This document shows, piece after piece, positions 32,446-45,884 of a DNA stretch of 55,283 bases. Where the stretch lies: contig PDIP01000030.1 of the NCBI GenBank assembly GCA_002811645.1, positions 329,236 to 384,518 of the forward strand, given 5' to 3'. The DNA is from Corallochytrium limacisporum Hawaii (taxonomy: Eukaryota > Protista > Pluriformea). The position numbers were made by a program, and so were the translations under genes. Position 1 is the first letter of the stretch; each line of letters opens with the position of its first letter. The notes below the pieces were generated by a model, which worked only from the letters and a program-made list of their open reading frames with translations, was not told where the DNA came from and ran no database searches.

Positions 32446-34586
32446 NNNNNNNNNNNNNNNNNNNNNNNNNNNNNNNNNNNNNNNNNNNNNNNNNNNNNNN
32501 NNNNNNNNNNNNNNNNNNNNNNNNNNNNNNNNNNNNNNNNNNNNNNNNNNNNNNNNNNNNNNNNNNNNNNNNNNNNNNNNNNNNNNNNNNNNNNNNNNNN
32601 NNNNNNNNNNNNNNNNNNNNNNNNNNNNNNNNNNNNNNNNNNNNNNNNNNNNNNNNNNNNNNNNNNNNNNNNNNNNNNNNNNNNNNNNNNNNNNNNNNNN
32701 NNNNNNNNNNNNNNNNNGTGGGGGAGAGTAATAGGGCGAGGAGGAAGATAAAAAGAACGAAACTGCCAAAGATTTTCCTGACCGTCCGCAAAAAGAAAAA
32801 ACCGCCCAGCTATGAACTATTGGCACCACTCTGTTTTCGTTTTCACGTGTTTTTGTGCTCGCAGTGGCCACAAAATTCACACTGTATCACACTCTTGGGG
32901 GTTTTGCGGGGTAAACTGACGTAGAACCGTTCCCCCGCGACGAAAAACCGGTACTGAACACACGGTCAATGTCCAGGGAGGAAAGTGGACTGCTGCTGAC
33001 ACGGTGGTGTTCTGTTTACAAATGTTTTTCCTTTTCTTCTTGTCTTTGACCTTGGTTTTTATTGCAATATAAAAGATGAGACAATTTCTTGCAAATTTCA
33101 TCACTCGGTGTTCTGCGAGGCACACCGTTGACCGTCATTCGAGGGCCGGCAGTGCGCAGTCTACGCACTTTCCCTGAACCTTCTTCGCAGACCCCGGTCG
33201 ATTGTGCCATACACTGATTATGGGAAACAATTCACTACCAGGCTCTCTCGTCGACTACAACGATCTCTCCTCGCGGTGTCTTGGGCACAATTCTTGTGCT
33301 CACACACGCGTCCGGACCTGGGGATGGAAGGAATTGGGGAAAAAAGTGTGATTCGGCTCCCCCCCTAAACAAAAAATTAAAAAACAACAAAAGCCCCTGG
33401 GCCCCCACACCCCCAGAAAACATTTTTTAAAAAAAAGAAATAGGAAGTCCTGTGCCATAGTGAATGTACCCCTCCAACCCCCCAGTCCTCTCCTTCTCCG
33501 GTCGGGCCCCGGTTGGTGGCGTACCTAGGCTTCGGCACTGACAGTCGCCCGATACTCAATCTGCTGCCAAAAATAGCAGCAGATCTCTCTCCGTCAAACC
33601 GGCTTGGCTTGGTGGGCACACTATCGGCATGGTGGAGCACCGGAATTTTGCCGTCCAAAGTTTGTACCAACGGAACAGACATTCGCGCCCACTATGCAAA
33701 CAAAGGTACATGGGGCGACTTGTCCTTCCATACTGCCACTATTGTGGATTCCTATGATGGAATTAGGTCCCCTCGGATGGCGTACCGAACATAATTGTGG
33801 AAGTTTGGGAACCTGAAAATATCGATAAACTTTGGGGGGTTCCAATTCTTATACTATCCTCTGAGTTGAATGTATACTCCGTATCCAACCAAAATTTTCG
33901 TTCGAAAATATNNNNNNNNNNNNNNNNNNNNNNNNNNNNNNNNNNNNNNNNNNNNNNNNNNNNNNNNNNNNNNNNNNNNNNNNNNNNNNNNNNNNNNNNN
34001 NNNNNNNNNNNNNNNNNNNNNNNNNNNNNNNNNNNNNNNNNNNNNNNNNNNNNNNNNNNNNNNNNNNNNNNNNNNNNNNNNNNNNNNNNNNNNNNNNNNN
34101 NNNNNNNNNNNNNNNNNNNNNNNNNNNNNNNNNNNNNNNNNNNNNNNNNNNNNNNNNNNNNNNNNNNNNNNNNNNNNNNNNNNNNNNNNNNNNNNNNNNN
34201 NNNNNNNNNNNNNNNNNNNNNNNNNNNNNNNNNNNNNNNNNNNNNNNNNNNNNNNNNNNNNNNNNNNNNNNNNNNNNNNNNNNNNNNNNNNNNNNNNNNN
34301 NNNNNNNNNNNNNNNNNNNNNNNNNNNNNNNNNNNNNNNNNNNNNNNNNNNNNNNNNNNNNNNNNNNNNNNNNNNNNNNNNNNNNNNNNNNNNNNNNNNN
34401 NNNNNNNNNNNNNNNNNNNNNNNNNNNNNNNNNNNNNNNNNNNNNNNNNNNNNNNNNNNNNNNNNNNNNNNNNNNNNNNNNNNNNNNNNNNNNNNNNNNN
34501 NNNNNNNNNNNNNNNNNNNNNNNNNNNNNNNNNNNNNNNNNNNNNNNNNNNNNNNNNNNNNNNNNNNNNNNNNNNNNNNNNNNNNN
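32446..34586. other. Region containing two assembly gaps (32446-32717 and 33912-34586)
   Basis: Runs of N. The other gaps are at 13985-14067, 19174-19246 and 22453-22552. Confidence 0.99.
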
Positions 34587-37500
34587 CGGTTGGCGCGAAT
34601 TTCTCCCTCCCTCCTTATTCCGGTTGATTAAATATGATTTGGATCAATATTTCGACGCAGAGGATAGTATCTTCCTCTCTGAATCAACTCTCTGAAGATG
34701 TCTATTACTTAGGGTAATAGATATTGACGACCGATGGAATGGGACCGACCAAATTGCACCACCAACTTTCTGACGACTTGAACAAAATTCCTTGAGATAT
34801 AGGACACTCACCGCCATCACACCTTTATGATGAGCATGTACATGTCCGTCATGTTCACATGCACTAGGCACTCAGTGGTTTGTATGTGTCTGTACGTATG
34901 CATGATCGTTTGCTGATGCCCTATCGGAGCTGGCTCTTTGGGGCGGTAGAAAGCGTGCCTTACACAATGGGCCAAGAAGGCTGCTTGCCCACACACGCCC
35001 TGCACTCGCACTCACACTCACATTCACTCTCACACCAATGTGACCTGTCCGACAACCATCGGACGGCGAACTAACGCCACGAATACACACACCCCATGTG
35101 TTTGCTGGCGATCGATTTGACATTGACATCAATCCGCCGGGCTTGGGATCGACCACACCATCTTTTCCATCTTGTCCTCTCACACATGAATGAACATCCA
35201 AGACCTACGATTGGGTTATGTGAGAATGGGGTGGCTTCAAATGTCTATGGACTTCGTGTAGAATGGGCCACACAGAGATTTAGCCTTGAGTCCGACATCA
35301 TCAATCGTTCTCCGCGTTCGTTCAGCGTCCCCCCATTTCAGAGGGAGACTGAATAAGATATTCCTTCTAAAGATGTGTTTTAGTCACCGCAACGAAAGCC
35401 TAATTGCCCGAGGCATACAGGCCCATTTTCCATCCCCAAATCTACTCTGTACCATGAACATACCATGCTCTAGAGCCATTGCTCAACGGCAGATAAAAAT
35501 AGCCAGCTAATGACTAATCTGTAGTGGCCATAACTTTTGCCTTGTCCCAACCATCAAAGAATTCAATCCCTGTGTGAGATACTGTGACTTTTCCTTCGGA
35601 TCTCTCTCATGTTTGAGGATCAAGAGCGTCAACACTTCGATCCCACCTTGCTTGCAAAATCGCCACTTCAGCCAATGCCGTAAAAGGAGCCACCACGGAA
35701 AATTGGACAAACCACCGAAGGCCGCGCTACAATCGTGTCCATCCCCCACCCAATTCGCGAATAGCGAAATGGTTATAGATGCGCCGCTGCCATAACCTTG
35801 AACCTGTACCGTCCTCCCGTTTTCGGGGTCGAGGGAGACCCTTGCCGGTCGTCGCGGTTCGCACTCGACCCAAACTGTGACACCACTTCGAACCACACAC
35901 CTACGCACAAAGATGCCAACTCCGATCAAAGTACCATGCTCAAGGGACCTTAACTGGCTGTTGGTGTTGGTCGTGTTCGCGCACGTTTTCCGCGCACAAC
36001 TAGTGACGAGACCTTCTCACATAATAGGTACTGAAGAACAATCCCCGTGCTGCTGTACTTCCCGTTGCGCGCTGGGCCAGGTAAGTTATCTCAACCCCAG
36101 CACCGCCGCATATTGATTCTAGGTTTTCAGTCAACACTGGTTGGCTGCCACTGTGCGTGCATACTAAGGACGAACTTAGAACGGGTCCCCGTTCTTACTA
36201 TTGCGTGGGCCTGTTTCCTTTTTCCCTTTATGCTTCGTATCGTCAGTTTGAAATATTAACAAATTACCATCATTGGTGTTGTGCTTTTGCGGTAGCGGTT
36301 CGAGATCGGCGAGCATAGACGGACAGCAAGTCTCGATGTTAATGGATTGTGTTGGAACACACCCACAAGATGGGTGGGATCCCCGCACAAAACATCCTCA
36401 CACACTGCTTACCCGGCCAGAATATAGGCATAGATGATGGGAATGGCCAACACCAAGAAAAAAAAAATCATGCTCAGTCACGTAGATTTCAGCAAGGACA
36501 AACAGAATGCAGCAGAATGCAGCAATCGCATGCGAAGTCAATTGCGGTGGGAAACAACAGTACTCCCACCTACAGTAGTGGAAAGGGGTGGGCGGGAAGA
36601 GATGAGCGGGGCTCACGAAAAAATGAGCAATATGACCAGCACCATGGCCCCAGGGCACCGAAGGGAAACAACACCCGAGATCGCCATCCGAAACATTAGG
36701 AAAAGGAAAAGGGGGACTATAGTGAGAAAGTTTCCTGCTCGTGTTGGCATGGTATTTTCTTAGTATTGAAATCATCGTTCCTCCGTCGATGTTAAACACG
36801 CTCGCTGGTGTAGGTCACACCTTAAGTACTTATCAATACTGTTGAATGATGGATCATGTGAGGACTGGCTGTTTTTTCACATGTGCCCCGGCCTGAGAGT
36901 GGAACAAAACAGGTGTGAAAGTCGAGTTTACATTCGCTAACACCCCAAACCCCCCCCCCCTTCTTTCTTCCTCGAGGGCGTCTATCGAGAGAAGAAAGAG
37001 TCCACCAGCCCGAGTGTGGGAGCACCAAATCACTGTGTGCCCAGTGAGAGTGAAAACCACCTGAGCCCGCAAAGAACGATGCGAAAACGTGGCTGGAAAC
37101 ATCGTGAATCCGAAGAGTCGAAAGATTCCAGACGACTCCTGCCATAGTGAATACGAGCGCACACCTTGGGGACGCTAATTGAAGAATATTCATTTGTTGG
37201 TACCCACAGGGCACACACGTCACCGACACCTTCGAAAGCATTCTAATGCCCTTCATCGCGAAGGTGGGCAATGCTATTCCTCGGGCTTCTATTGCTATTA
37301 GCGGCGGTCTTCGCTTACTTTGGAAACTCAACCCCCGGAGGATCTCTTCAAACGATCCGGCGCCGGCACACACAACACAACAGCGTCTTCAACATGAATG
37401 CCATACGTAGTGCACGCTCCGGCTAGCAACGTTTCACCCGTCGCTCGTCGCCGCGTCGTTGTGTTCTAAACCTAAGCAGTCGAGAACCAAACGCGGCATA

Positions 37501-39078
37501 CTAAAACCGACACCTCTCCTTCCGACGAAGACACTTTTTGCTAAACAAATGCAGAGAGGATGCCTATAAAAAGGGGGAACGTAGGTTATGCCAGGCGTGA
37601 AACGGGAGCGCAAAAGTGTGGCGTCCGCGTCGTCGCAACAAACACAACGCAGCTCCGAGTCTTAGGGTGCTTCTTGATCTGGAATCACTGTTTTGTTTGC
37701 AGTGCATACATTTCGGCTCGGTGCTGTTGTCCACACTGTTAAACAATGGGACAGATGTCCTCACACGTTGGAGTGTTTTGAGTCGGAGAGTTTCTGCTGC
37801 GGAATGCGTTGGCACTGCCAACAACAAGGTGCTTTTTTAACTGCTATCCGAGACGCGCAATCACTCTTTTAGGATCACAGACACTGTTTGTAGACATGTT
37901 GCTATTTTCACATCCAACAATCTCATCTTAACAAAGAGGAAGAAAGCGCTCTGCGTCCCTGTAACGAAAGGGAGCGGCCGCCGATGCTGCTCAAGCACCT
38001 CGTGATGGTCGGATAGGTGTGTATATTGATGCTTCGCAATTGCGGACAGCGCTAATTGATCACAACTGTTGTCCTCCATAGCAGTCGACGACACTGCAAG
38101 GAGTTTTGATGCCCATGAGGGAGTCTGCGGCGCTGCAAAGCAGTTGAGAGAGGTTGGCATGTTATGTACATGTCCGTGGATTACTGCTACCGGTGAAGTC
38201 TCATGAACCTACCTTTTGACAGATGCACAGGATTCATCTCAGGAGGTCATTGCTCACCACTGAGCATGTTTCTTGACGATGGTGAGACGATCAAGCGATA
38301 GTGTGCAAGATGTCGGTGGTAATCGTCACACAATGTATGCATGTGTGCTCTTAATGTCTGGAGTGGGAGCTTCACGCAAGAAAGTTCCATGCAATTCATC
38401 TGTTGTTCCTGTTCCACTCATTACTTCCAGTTTATGTAGAAGCTAAGTCCTTGTAGCATGGTGCTTCTACCGCATCCGACTTCTGGTCATGGTACGCAGT
38501 GCGCAATGGTGCTTAGCTGACGGTCAATTAACTTCGATGATTTTGCATAAAGTCATGTGCCCTTTGTTCCACACATTTATCCTTGAACCTGCCCTCCACT
38601 ACACTCGTTCCAAAACTACCGCCAAATCCTGTACTGGCAGTACTTGGTCCAAGGTCCTTTTGACATGGAAAGAATTATCATCTCCACTCGTGAAAGGTCC
38701 TGTGTTAACCACACGTTGCATTTTGTTCCCACTACAGAGCTCAGATATATCAAATCTATGAAGATTATATGAATAAAAATTGCAAATTTCTTCACAAGAT
38801 AGTTTCTTCTCCCCATGGTTGTCACAGGTTAAAAAAATGTTCGCAGCCCCAACTCAACACGAGTGGATATGGAGCAACTTGGTCAGCATACACTCAAGCC
38901 ACACTCCACGTGGTACTCGCTCAATTACCGTCACTGGACATCGAACCTGTTGCAGTCGGAGTCCAAGGTGTATCTGTGGTACCAGGACACACACACACGC
39001 ACTCAACTCACATACTCACACACACGGGGTAAGGGGCGGCGGGGACTTTTGGTTGTGGTGCGCGCGCACAAGGCACGG

Positions 39079-39143
39079 CGAGAGAGAGTGGGCAGAGAGA
39101 GGAGAGAGCGAGAGAGAGGAGAGAGCGAGAGAGAGAGAGAGAG
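39079..39143 (+). repeat. Imperfect (GA)n microsatellite
   Basis: Visible GA-rich tract. Confidence 0.8.
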
Positions 39144-42100
39144 TCAGTGCGTGTGTGTGAGGAAACAGCTCTGACTGTTTGACAATGAAAGCTCATGCAT
39201 TTCTTTGTTGGCTTTGTCTTTACCCATGAGTGATTACTGTGTCAAAGAATGCGACGGTTGACTTCGAGTTCTGGAAGCATGGCGTAGTCATGAAGACCCA
39301 CGACGAGTGACGAAGGCGCGCAATTCCGGAGGAGGGTTCGGGTTTGGTTTGCACCCTGGCGCTTCCAACAAGAACTTGAGGTAGTGCAAAAAGTACTAAG
39401 GATGGTCCTTCGCGAACGCGGTGTTGTTGTTATTCTGCAAAATGGAATCCATGGGGAGATTACTTCTATGTAAATTCTATATTAAAAAAAGAACCCCACA
39501 CCTGTGTGTACCGGTATGAAAGATGGACCCAACAATTTTGCCTTACCTCATGCAAATCTACAGCTGAAGAAATACGCCCGTATAGTGAATACATAGGTGG
39601 AGAAGGCAGGTAGTCCGGAGATCTCCCTCTTGGTGTGTCATTCACGTCGTGTTTCACTGGTCTGAGTATGGGCTATGGGCAGGGAGGTTACCTGAAGGAT
39701 GGAAAAAGAGTAGTAAGCCGGTGTGAATGGAAAGCGGATATCTGTCCATTTCCACACTCAATACGAACAATGACTATAGCCAGCGTGGTCATGTGGAGAG
39801 ATAGTTGCTCAGCCTTGTGAGGAGGGAACGACACGCCTCGTTCTAGAAAACTGTCCACGATGAAACAAACTCTGAGATTACAGTATAAGTTCTACGGTAA
39901 GAATATTCGCAATGTTGCTGAATAGGGCCAGATCCGTCCACACTTGGTTGTACTGATGCCGTAAGTAGAATCGTCGAAAAAGAGAACGAAATCTTGCAAT
40001 GTGTGTTCATGCCCGAGTAGAGACGAAGAGAATGTACCAATATCAGAAAGCAAACCACTCGCTAGACGAGCCTTTGCTTTCAGTGTGTGTGATCACGCCG
40101 GCGGGGATGGCTGAGAGGGTGGTATGAATAAAAAAAAACCAGAGAATTGGGACAGAGGTACTGGAGGTCGGGCTACGTTGGGGCATTCACGCCGTACATT
40201 CAGTAAGCACACCAAGCTCTACGAATCCTTATGAAATTAGGGACAATAAAAGCTCCGCCGTGAACGTCCGGACAGAAATCAGGAGAGTCATAGTCAGGTA
40301 GTCCACGCAAGACGCGCCCGCCGTGTGAGATGGGTCGGAGCGGTGTGATGGGAGCACAGGCAAATATTTCTGAAGCGTAAGCAACCGTGGTCCGGAATGA
40401 AAGCCACTCCCATATCGTACATCTGTGCTCCCTGCGTCGTCTCTTCTGCCCTCGACGCGCATAATGCTCCGGTGTGAAACATGCGGTTGGGCAGAAGCAA
40501 TCTTTGATGAATTCGTTTTGTCCGCTCTGGTATGTAGATGCTGTGGCATGGCGGTGTGATAGTATGGAAAACAAATGGGACAGCGCCCGCATGTGGTCCG
40601 AGGAATGAACCGATGGCAACATCTGAATTGCCACTGAGGTTGTTCGCAAACTCTACTCGATTTTGCTTCGCGAGACATCCAGGAGTGTATACAATTTATA
40701 TGGAGTTCGCTCCCTTGAAAAGCAAACTGCTGTCTTTTTTCCACCGTGGTGGACTTTTTTTTTGCCGAAACTAATTCACGTCACCCAAAGCGTCCATACT
40801 TAATGTATAGGGAAATGCAACACAGACAGCCCAACAGCGAAGCACACAAAGCGGACAACGGGAGGTCAACACAAGCGGCCGGGCTAACCGAAATAGAATC
40901 AATTTCTGCCGGGTTCCACCACTGCTACGGCAACCTCCGATCAATTTGTACTGATGGCGCTCCCTCCCCCGGGGGGGGTCCGCTGGTGGCGGGATGCCGG
41001 GTCACCGGCAGTACCCTGGATGTTCATCATTTGATAGCCACAGGCGTAGCAGTCACTGAAACGACGCCTTCAGCATGCTCAGTAATGCTCCCGTATGAGT
41101 GTTGAGGATGAGCAGCGATGTAGCCAAAAATAGCAACGAGATTACAAATTTCGTATATCTGCCAGTGATGTTTATGCCGGTAGAAATCCGATTTTGTTCG
41201 GGGACGGTGGTGGCTTGTCCGTGAGCCACAGCGGTTTAGCCACTTTGTGCGTAGGCACAAAGAAAGAAAGAAGACACTGCGTAAACAACACGGTCTGTCA
41301 AGTTTCTCGAACGACCCACTACAGTAAGGAAGTTTAAAGTACAGCGTGTGTCAGTATCGGCGGGATGTGCTTCGGTTGGTAACCAACAAGGACTTCATCT
41401 TTCGTGCGGGAACGCTTGTGTTGCACCCATCTACTCGCTCATCCTTTGTTCCAATGGCCTTATTCCTTGGTCAAGTCGGTCAACTCCTGCTGAGGCAGTG
41501 CCGGTGGATGTTTGCTACCATGCAAGTGGGTTATCTCTGTGGGGAACTGTGTACGGAATCATCATCTATATCAAATCCTTATAAAATACGTGGGTACCTA
41601 GACGCCTATTACTGCGGATAGCATTCGCATTCATAACACTTGCGTAACATCTAGCAAACATCCGTACCTCCGTTCTTATCGAGCATCAGAGTAGTTGCAC
41701 ACCATTGACTCGTGTGGGCCCTGAGTGGACATGCCTTGCGCAACCTCAATGAGCATGATTCTATATCCGACCAATGAACAATGTCGGTGCATCTACATTG
41801 TTGAGGACACCGTAAACACTTATCTTGAGATGTCTGAGAAAGACAATGTGAACTACGTTGGGATCTTCACAAGAGGATGTGACCACCCTGAATGAATGAG
41901 CGGTGCTAATACGTGGACGAATATTGAAAGCGTGCGTTGTGATGTGGATGCATGTGCCTGTGATCCTAATCGATTGTAGGTTTTCGCTAGTTCTTGGAGA
42001 TCACCTCCACTGCTTGCGATGACAGTAACCCTTCTCTTCAAGATCCGACGATGCAGGGATGAATTTGATGTCTGTGTCCTTCTGTATGCCTATGGTATCA

Positions 42101-44130
42101 GTGAATAAGGTTCCAACGTAGAGCACGAAGGCCTCCTGTGTTCGACGTCCACTCACAGAAAACATCCCTTTTCCCCTTGCTCACGAAAGCCCTCTAGCAT
42201 TCGTCAACCCATTCAGTCAAAAGGGTAATAGAACGGCTATACTGTGCCGTGCTCACTACTTGTCGAATAACACTATCTCTCCGAAATTTTCACGCCGGGG
42301 GAAAAGCGGGTAGGAGGGAAAGTGGCGAAGGGAAGCAAGAGGGGGCATTCTCATTTTACCCGGTTCCAGCCTATCCCCGGCAAATCTTATCCATAATATA
42401 TGGCACCTTGTGTGACGACAGGGAGTGTACTTTTATTGTTTGCTTGTGATACCGGAGTGTCGGTTCCGCGGTGGTGTGTGCCGGTGGGGACGTGTGGGTG
42501 TGTGATCCATGTGATGCTCAGCATGAAGCTTCGAGAGTTTCTCTATCCCGTGTTTTGCCTTACACTTACACGTAGTTTCGGCATCTCTGCGCCACCTACA
42601 ATAGAAGACTCGTCCGCGCACGACAACAAAGAATCACATCAGAACCGCACCACATACCCCAGACCGAAACCTCGTGGGTTATCCAATCAGTTGCTATAGC
42701 TCTCCTATGATTTCAACTTCGGGCATGAAAACTCAGACACGCTACAGACAACACAAAACGGAACTAACCAACCTAGCATGAACGATGGCAACCGTGATCA
42801 GCAAACCAGTTCCTGCCCGTCCTCACCTGGCCACCGTCCCACCGTCCCAAATGATTGGGGGCGTGTCGGCAAACATTAATCATACTGGGGAAAGGCAGAA
42901 GTTTTCCAAAAGGTCCAGTACTCCAGCGGTAGAGATACAACGTGTAACACAGTTTGCACACAACTCCCGCGCACACATTCCGCCCACTACCTCGTCATCA
43001 CTCCCCCATCTGGCCGTTCATGTGCCATGCATTCGCATTACTTAGCGTGCGAAGACCGAACATTCAACTGACTAGGAGTCAATCCTTCTCCGCGCATGAC
43101 ATGTGAGAGAAAGCGGGATGATGGGTATGGTTTTTTCAAACTAGTGGGAAAATGATAAAGATATTCATACATTTACTATCGGTTTAAGCTGTTTCAAGAA
43201 AGCTCCCCGTCGAGCCCAATTGACTGATGTATCCTTTGTTTCTGACGACGTGTGTGAGAGAGTTTAGTCGGGAAGAGAGTGAATTACGTGCGCGCAGGTG
43301 TGAGCGTAGTGTGTGTCTTGCGTTCTTTTTGTTGGTGGCGAGGTGATACCAAAGGGAGAGGGGTCGGCGGGGGTTTGTTGGTGGCAGTGGATGCCGGGCG
43401 GCCTTTTGGGTCCAAACTGCAAAACTCTGGCGCGGGCCTCCTCCCCGGGGCGGGAGAGTTGGAGGGGGGGGGTTGTTCAGAGCGGGGGAAAAGGGACACT
43501 TCCACTCTCCCTCTCCCGGTCCTCCCCCCCTCCCCCCACTGCCCTCTCACCCTTCCATCACAACCGTCCCTAACGAAGGGGCGGGGGCCACGGGGTCTTG
43601 GAAGTCCAAGTAGGCGCGGAGAAGGAGCGCAAAAAGCAGGAGAAGGCCCCCCCCCGGGAGGGGGGGGAGAAAAGGGGAGGAGGGGGAAAAGGGGGAAAAG
43701 CTCGCTCTCTGTTTTGCCCAAGCGGCAAACGCCCAATGCCGAGATATACATAAGCCCCCTCTCCTCCTCTCCTCCCGGGCCCAAGAAGAGCAAAGATCCA
43801 AAAGTGTGTTTCCGGCAACGCACCACCACACACACCCAGAGCGAGCGAGAGCGGTAGTGGGGAGGCCGGGGAGAAGGGAGGGGGGAAAGGGGGATCCGGG
43901 GAAGGAAGAACTCGGTTGGATAGAAGAAGCCTGAAGTGATCAAGGGGAAGAATCAATCGGTTAGCTCGCTGTGTTCGTGTGCGTAAGGTTCTGTTTTGTT
44001 TCTTGGGATCAAACTGTCACGCAGGGACGAGGGGAAACAAAGGGACACAGACTAGAAGACGCAACAAGCGTTGGAGTTTAGGAGCAGAATCCCCAGTCGA
44101 GAACAGATGGACTGGGCTGGCCACGGAGGG

Positions 44131-44140
44131 GTATTTAAAC
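44131..44140 (+). promoter_or_regulatory. TATA-like element upstream of the secreted Cys-rich protein gene
   Basis: TATTTAAA in a GC-rich context, about 95 nt upstream of the ATG at 44229. Confidence 0.35.
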
Positions 44141-44228
44141 CGGACAGCTCCGAGGGCACCTGTGAGCAGTCGATCTGATCTGTAAGTCCAAGTACTAGTT
44201 AATGTTCTTATAGCTAGCATTAGACAAC

Positions 44229-45884
44229 ATGAAGTTCTACAACAAGTTTGTGGCCATGATGGCCCTGTTTGCTCTTGCCTTCCTGGCTGCGCTGGTCGTT
44301 GCCGACGAGGAAATGTCTACTGAGCCCATGACTGGTGACGAGCTCGACGAAGCCGTCTCGGCAATCCCTGAAGGTCAGCATGGAATCTACAGCCTGCATC
44401 GCGTGGCTTTCCTCGAGGCTCTGTACGCTGAACCTTGGGAGGGTGCCCCCACGCCCCAGGACGAGATGGAGGGTGACCAAGTTGTCGACGAGAAGACTGT
44501 CTCTCGCCGCGACAATGCCTACACCAAGACTGGCTCTGGCTGCAAGTGCTGGTGGGATCTCAGTCGCTCTGACTGTGCCTGCTGTGAGGCTAGCCGCTGC
44601 CAGTGCTCTTCTGACAAGAAGGGCCTGTGTGGTGTCTGCGGTGACAACTCCACCTGCAAGGCTGGTAGTTCTGGCTCTGACTCTGATGGTACCAACGAGT
44701 ACACCAAGACTAGCTCTGGCTGCAAGTGCTGGTGGGACGGCAAGCGCTTTGACTGTGCCTGTTGTGAGGCCAACCGCTGCCAGTGCTCTTCTGACAAGAA
44801 GAATCTGTGTGGTGTCTGCGGAAATAGCTCTACTTGCAAGGCTAGCTCCAGCGGTGGCGGCTCCGGTGGTAACTCTTACACCAAGGCCAGCTCTGGCTGC
44901 GCTTGCTTCTTCGATACCGGTCGCAAGGACTGTGCCTGCTGCCATGCCGGTGGCTGCCAGTGTGGTACCAGCAACATCAACCTGTGTACCAAGTGTGGTG
45001 ACTCCTACTCCTGTGGATCTGGCGGCGGCTCTGGCGGCGGCTCTGGTGGCGGTAGTGATCCTGCCCCTCCTCCTTCCGGCAATGTCCCTGGTGGCTCTCC
45101 TTCTTCCTTCGGTCTGGTCCTGGCTGGCTCCATGGCCGACAACATCAACAAGATTGCCTCCTCTCGTGTTGAATACGCCGTGACTTCCTGCCAACACTGG
45201 AAGAACAACTACCTGACCTCTTCTGAAGTGTCCCGCATGCGTGGCTCCAACAACAAGAAGCTGACCTGCTACATCTCTGTCGGTGAGGCCGCCTCCAACT
45301 TCTGGTACTTCAACACTGGAGCTGACTACATGGACTCTGCGAATGGCGCCTATGGATCCTACCGTGTGCGCTTCTGGTACAGCTCCTGGCACAACATTAT
45401 GAACCAGTATGTTAACGAGGTTATGTCCCGGGGTTGGGATGGTATCTTTATGGACCGCATTGACACCTACGAGTGGATGGCAAGCGCCGGTCGCCTCGGC
45501 CGCCAGGACGCCGCCAACAAGATGATCCAATTGGTCGATATGATGACTGGTCAGGCTAAGAAGTACAAGTCCAACCCCTACATGACCCCCAACTTCGGTC
45601 TCAACATCCTGAACGATGCTTCCTCTGGCAGCCTCAGCAACTACATGTCCAACATCAAGGCCATTGTTGCCGAGACCACCTACTTCCCTGGTGGCAGCTA
45701 CAACCCCTACACCTACAACATTTCGCTCCTGCGCCGCTTCCGGGACGCTGGCAAGCATGTGTTCCTGATCGAGTTCGGCTTGAACTCTTCTCAGCGCTCT
45801 CAGCTTCTCTCTGAGGCTAACAAGGAGGGCTTCGTGCCTTTCGTCTCCAACTGGGGCCTGAGCGAGTGGAACCCTTATGTCTAA
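44229..45884 (+). CDS. Secreted protein: signal peptide, acidic pro-region, three 10-Cys repeats, G/S/P linker and a GH114/PelA-like TIM-barrel glycoside hydrolase domain
   Basis: Hydrophobic signal peptide and three YTKxxSGCxCW/FW/FD..CACC..CQC..C..C..C repeats. C-terminal 'LTCYISVGEA', 'YRVRFWYSSWHNIM' and 'GWDGIFMDRIDTYE' resemble endo-alpha-1,4-polygalactosaminidase (GH114/GH166-type) motifs. Strong C/T-ending codon bias. Confidence 0.8.
   Translation: MKFYNKFVAMMALFALAFLAALVVADEEMSTEPMTGDELDEAVSAIPEGQHGIYSLHRVAFLEALYAEPWEGAPTPQDEMEGDQVVDEKTVSRRDNAYTKTGSGCKCWWDLSRSDCACCEASRCQCSSDKKGLCGVCGDNSTCKAGSSGSDSDGTNEYTKTSSGCKCWWDGKRFDCACCEANRCQCSSDKKNLCGVCGNSSTCKASSSGGGSGGNSYTKASSGCACFFDTGRKDCACCHAGGCQCGTSNINLCTKCGDSYSCGSGGGSGGGSGGGSDPAPPPSGNVPGGSPSSFGLVLAGSMADNINKIASSRVEYAVTSCQHWKNNYLTSSEVSRMRGSNNKKLTCYISVGEAASNFWYFNTGADYMDSANGAYGSYRVRFWYSSWHNIMNQYVNEVMSRGWDGIFMDRIDTYEWMASAGRLGRQDAANKMIQLVDMMTGQAKKYKSNPYMTPNFGLNILNDASSGSLSNYMSNIKAIVAETTYFPGGSYNPYTYNISLLRRFRDAGKHVFLIEFGLNSSQRSQLLSEANKEGFVPFVSNWGLSEWNPYV

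Noticed and set aside
32110-34631. ORFs of 135-276 aa
   Set aside because: Their length comes from reading through assembly gaps.
35507-37373. ORFs of 110-183 aa as possible retroelement remnants
   Set aside because: No gag, protease, RT, integrase or transposase motifs, and no terminal repeats could be identified.
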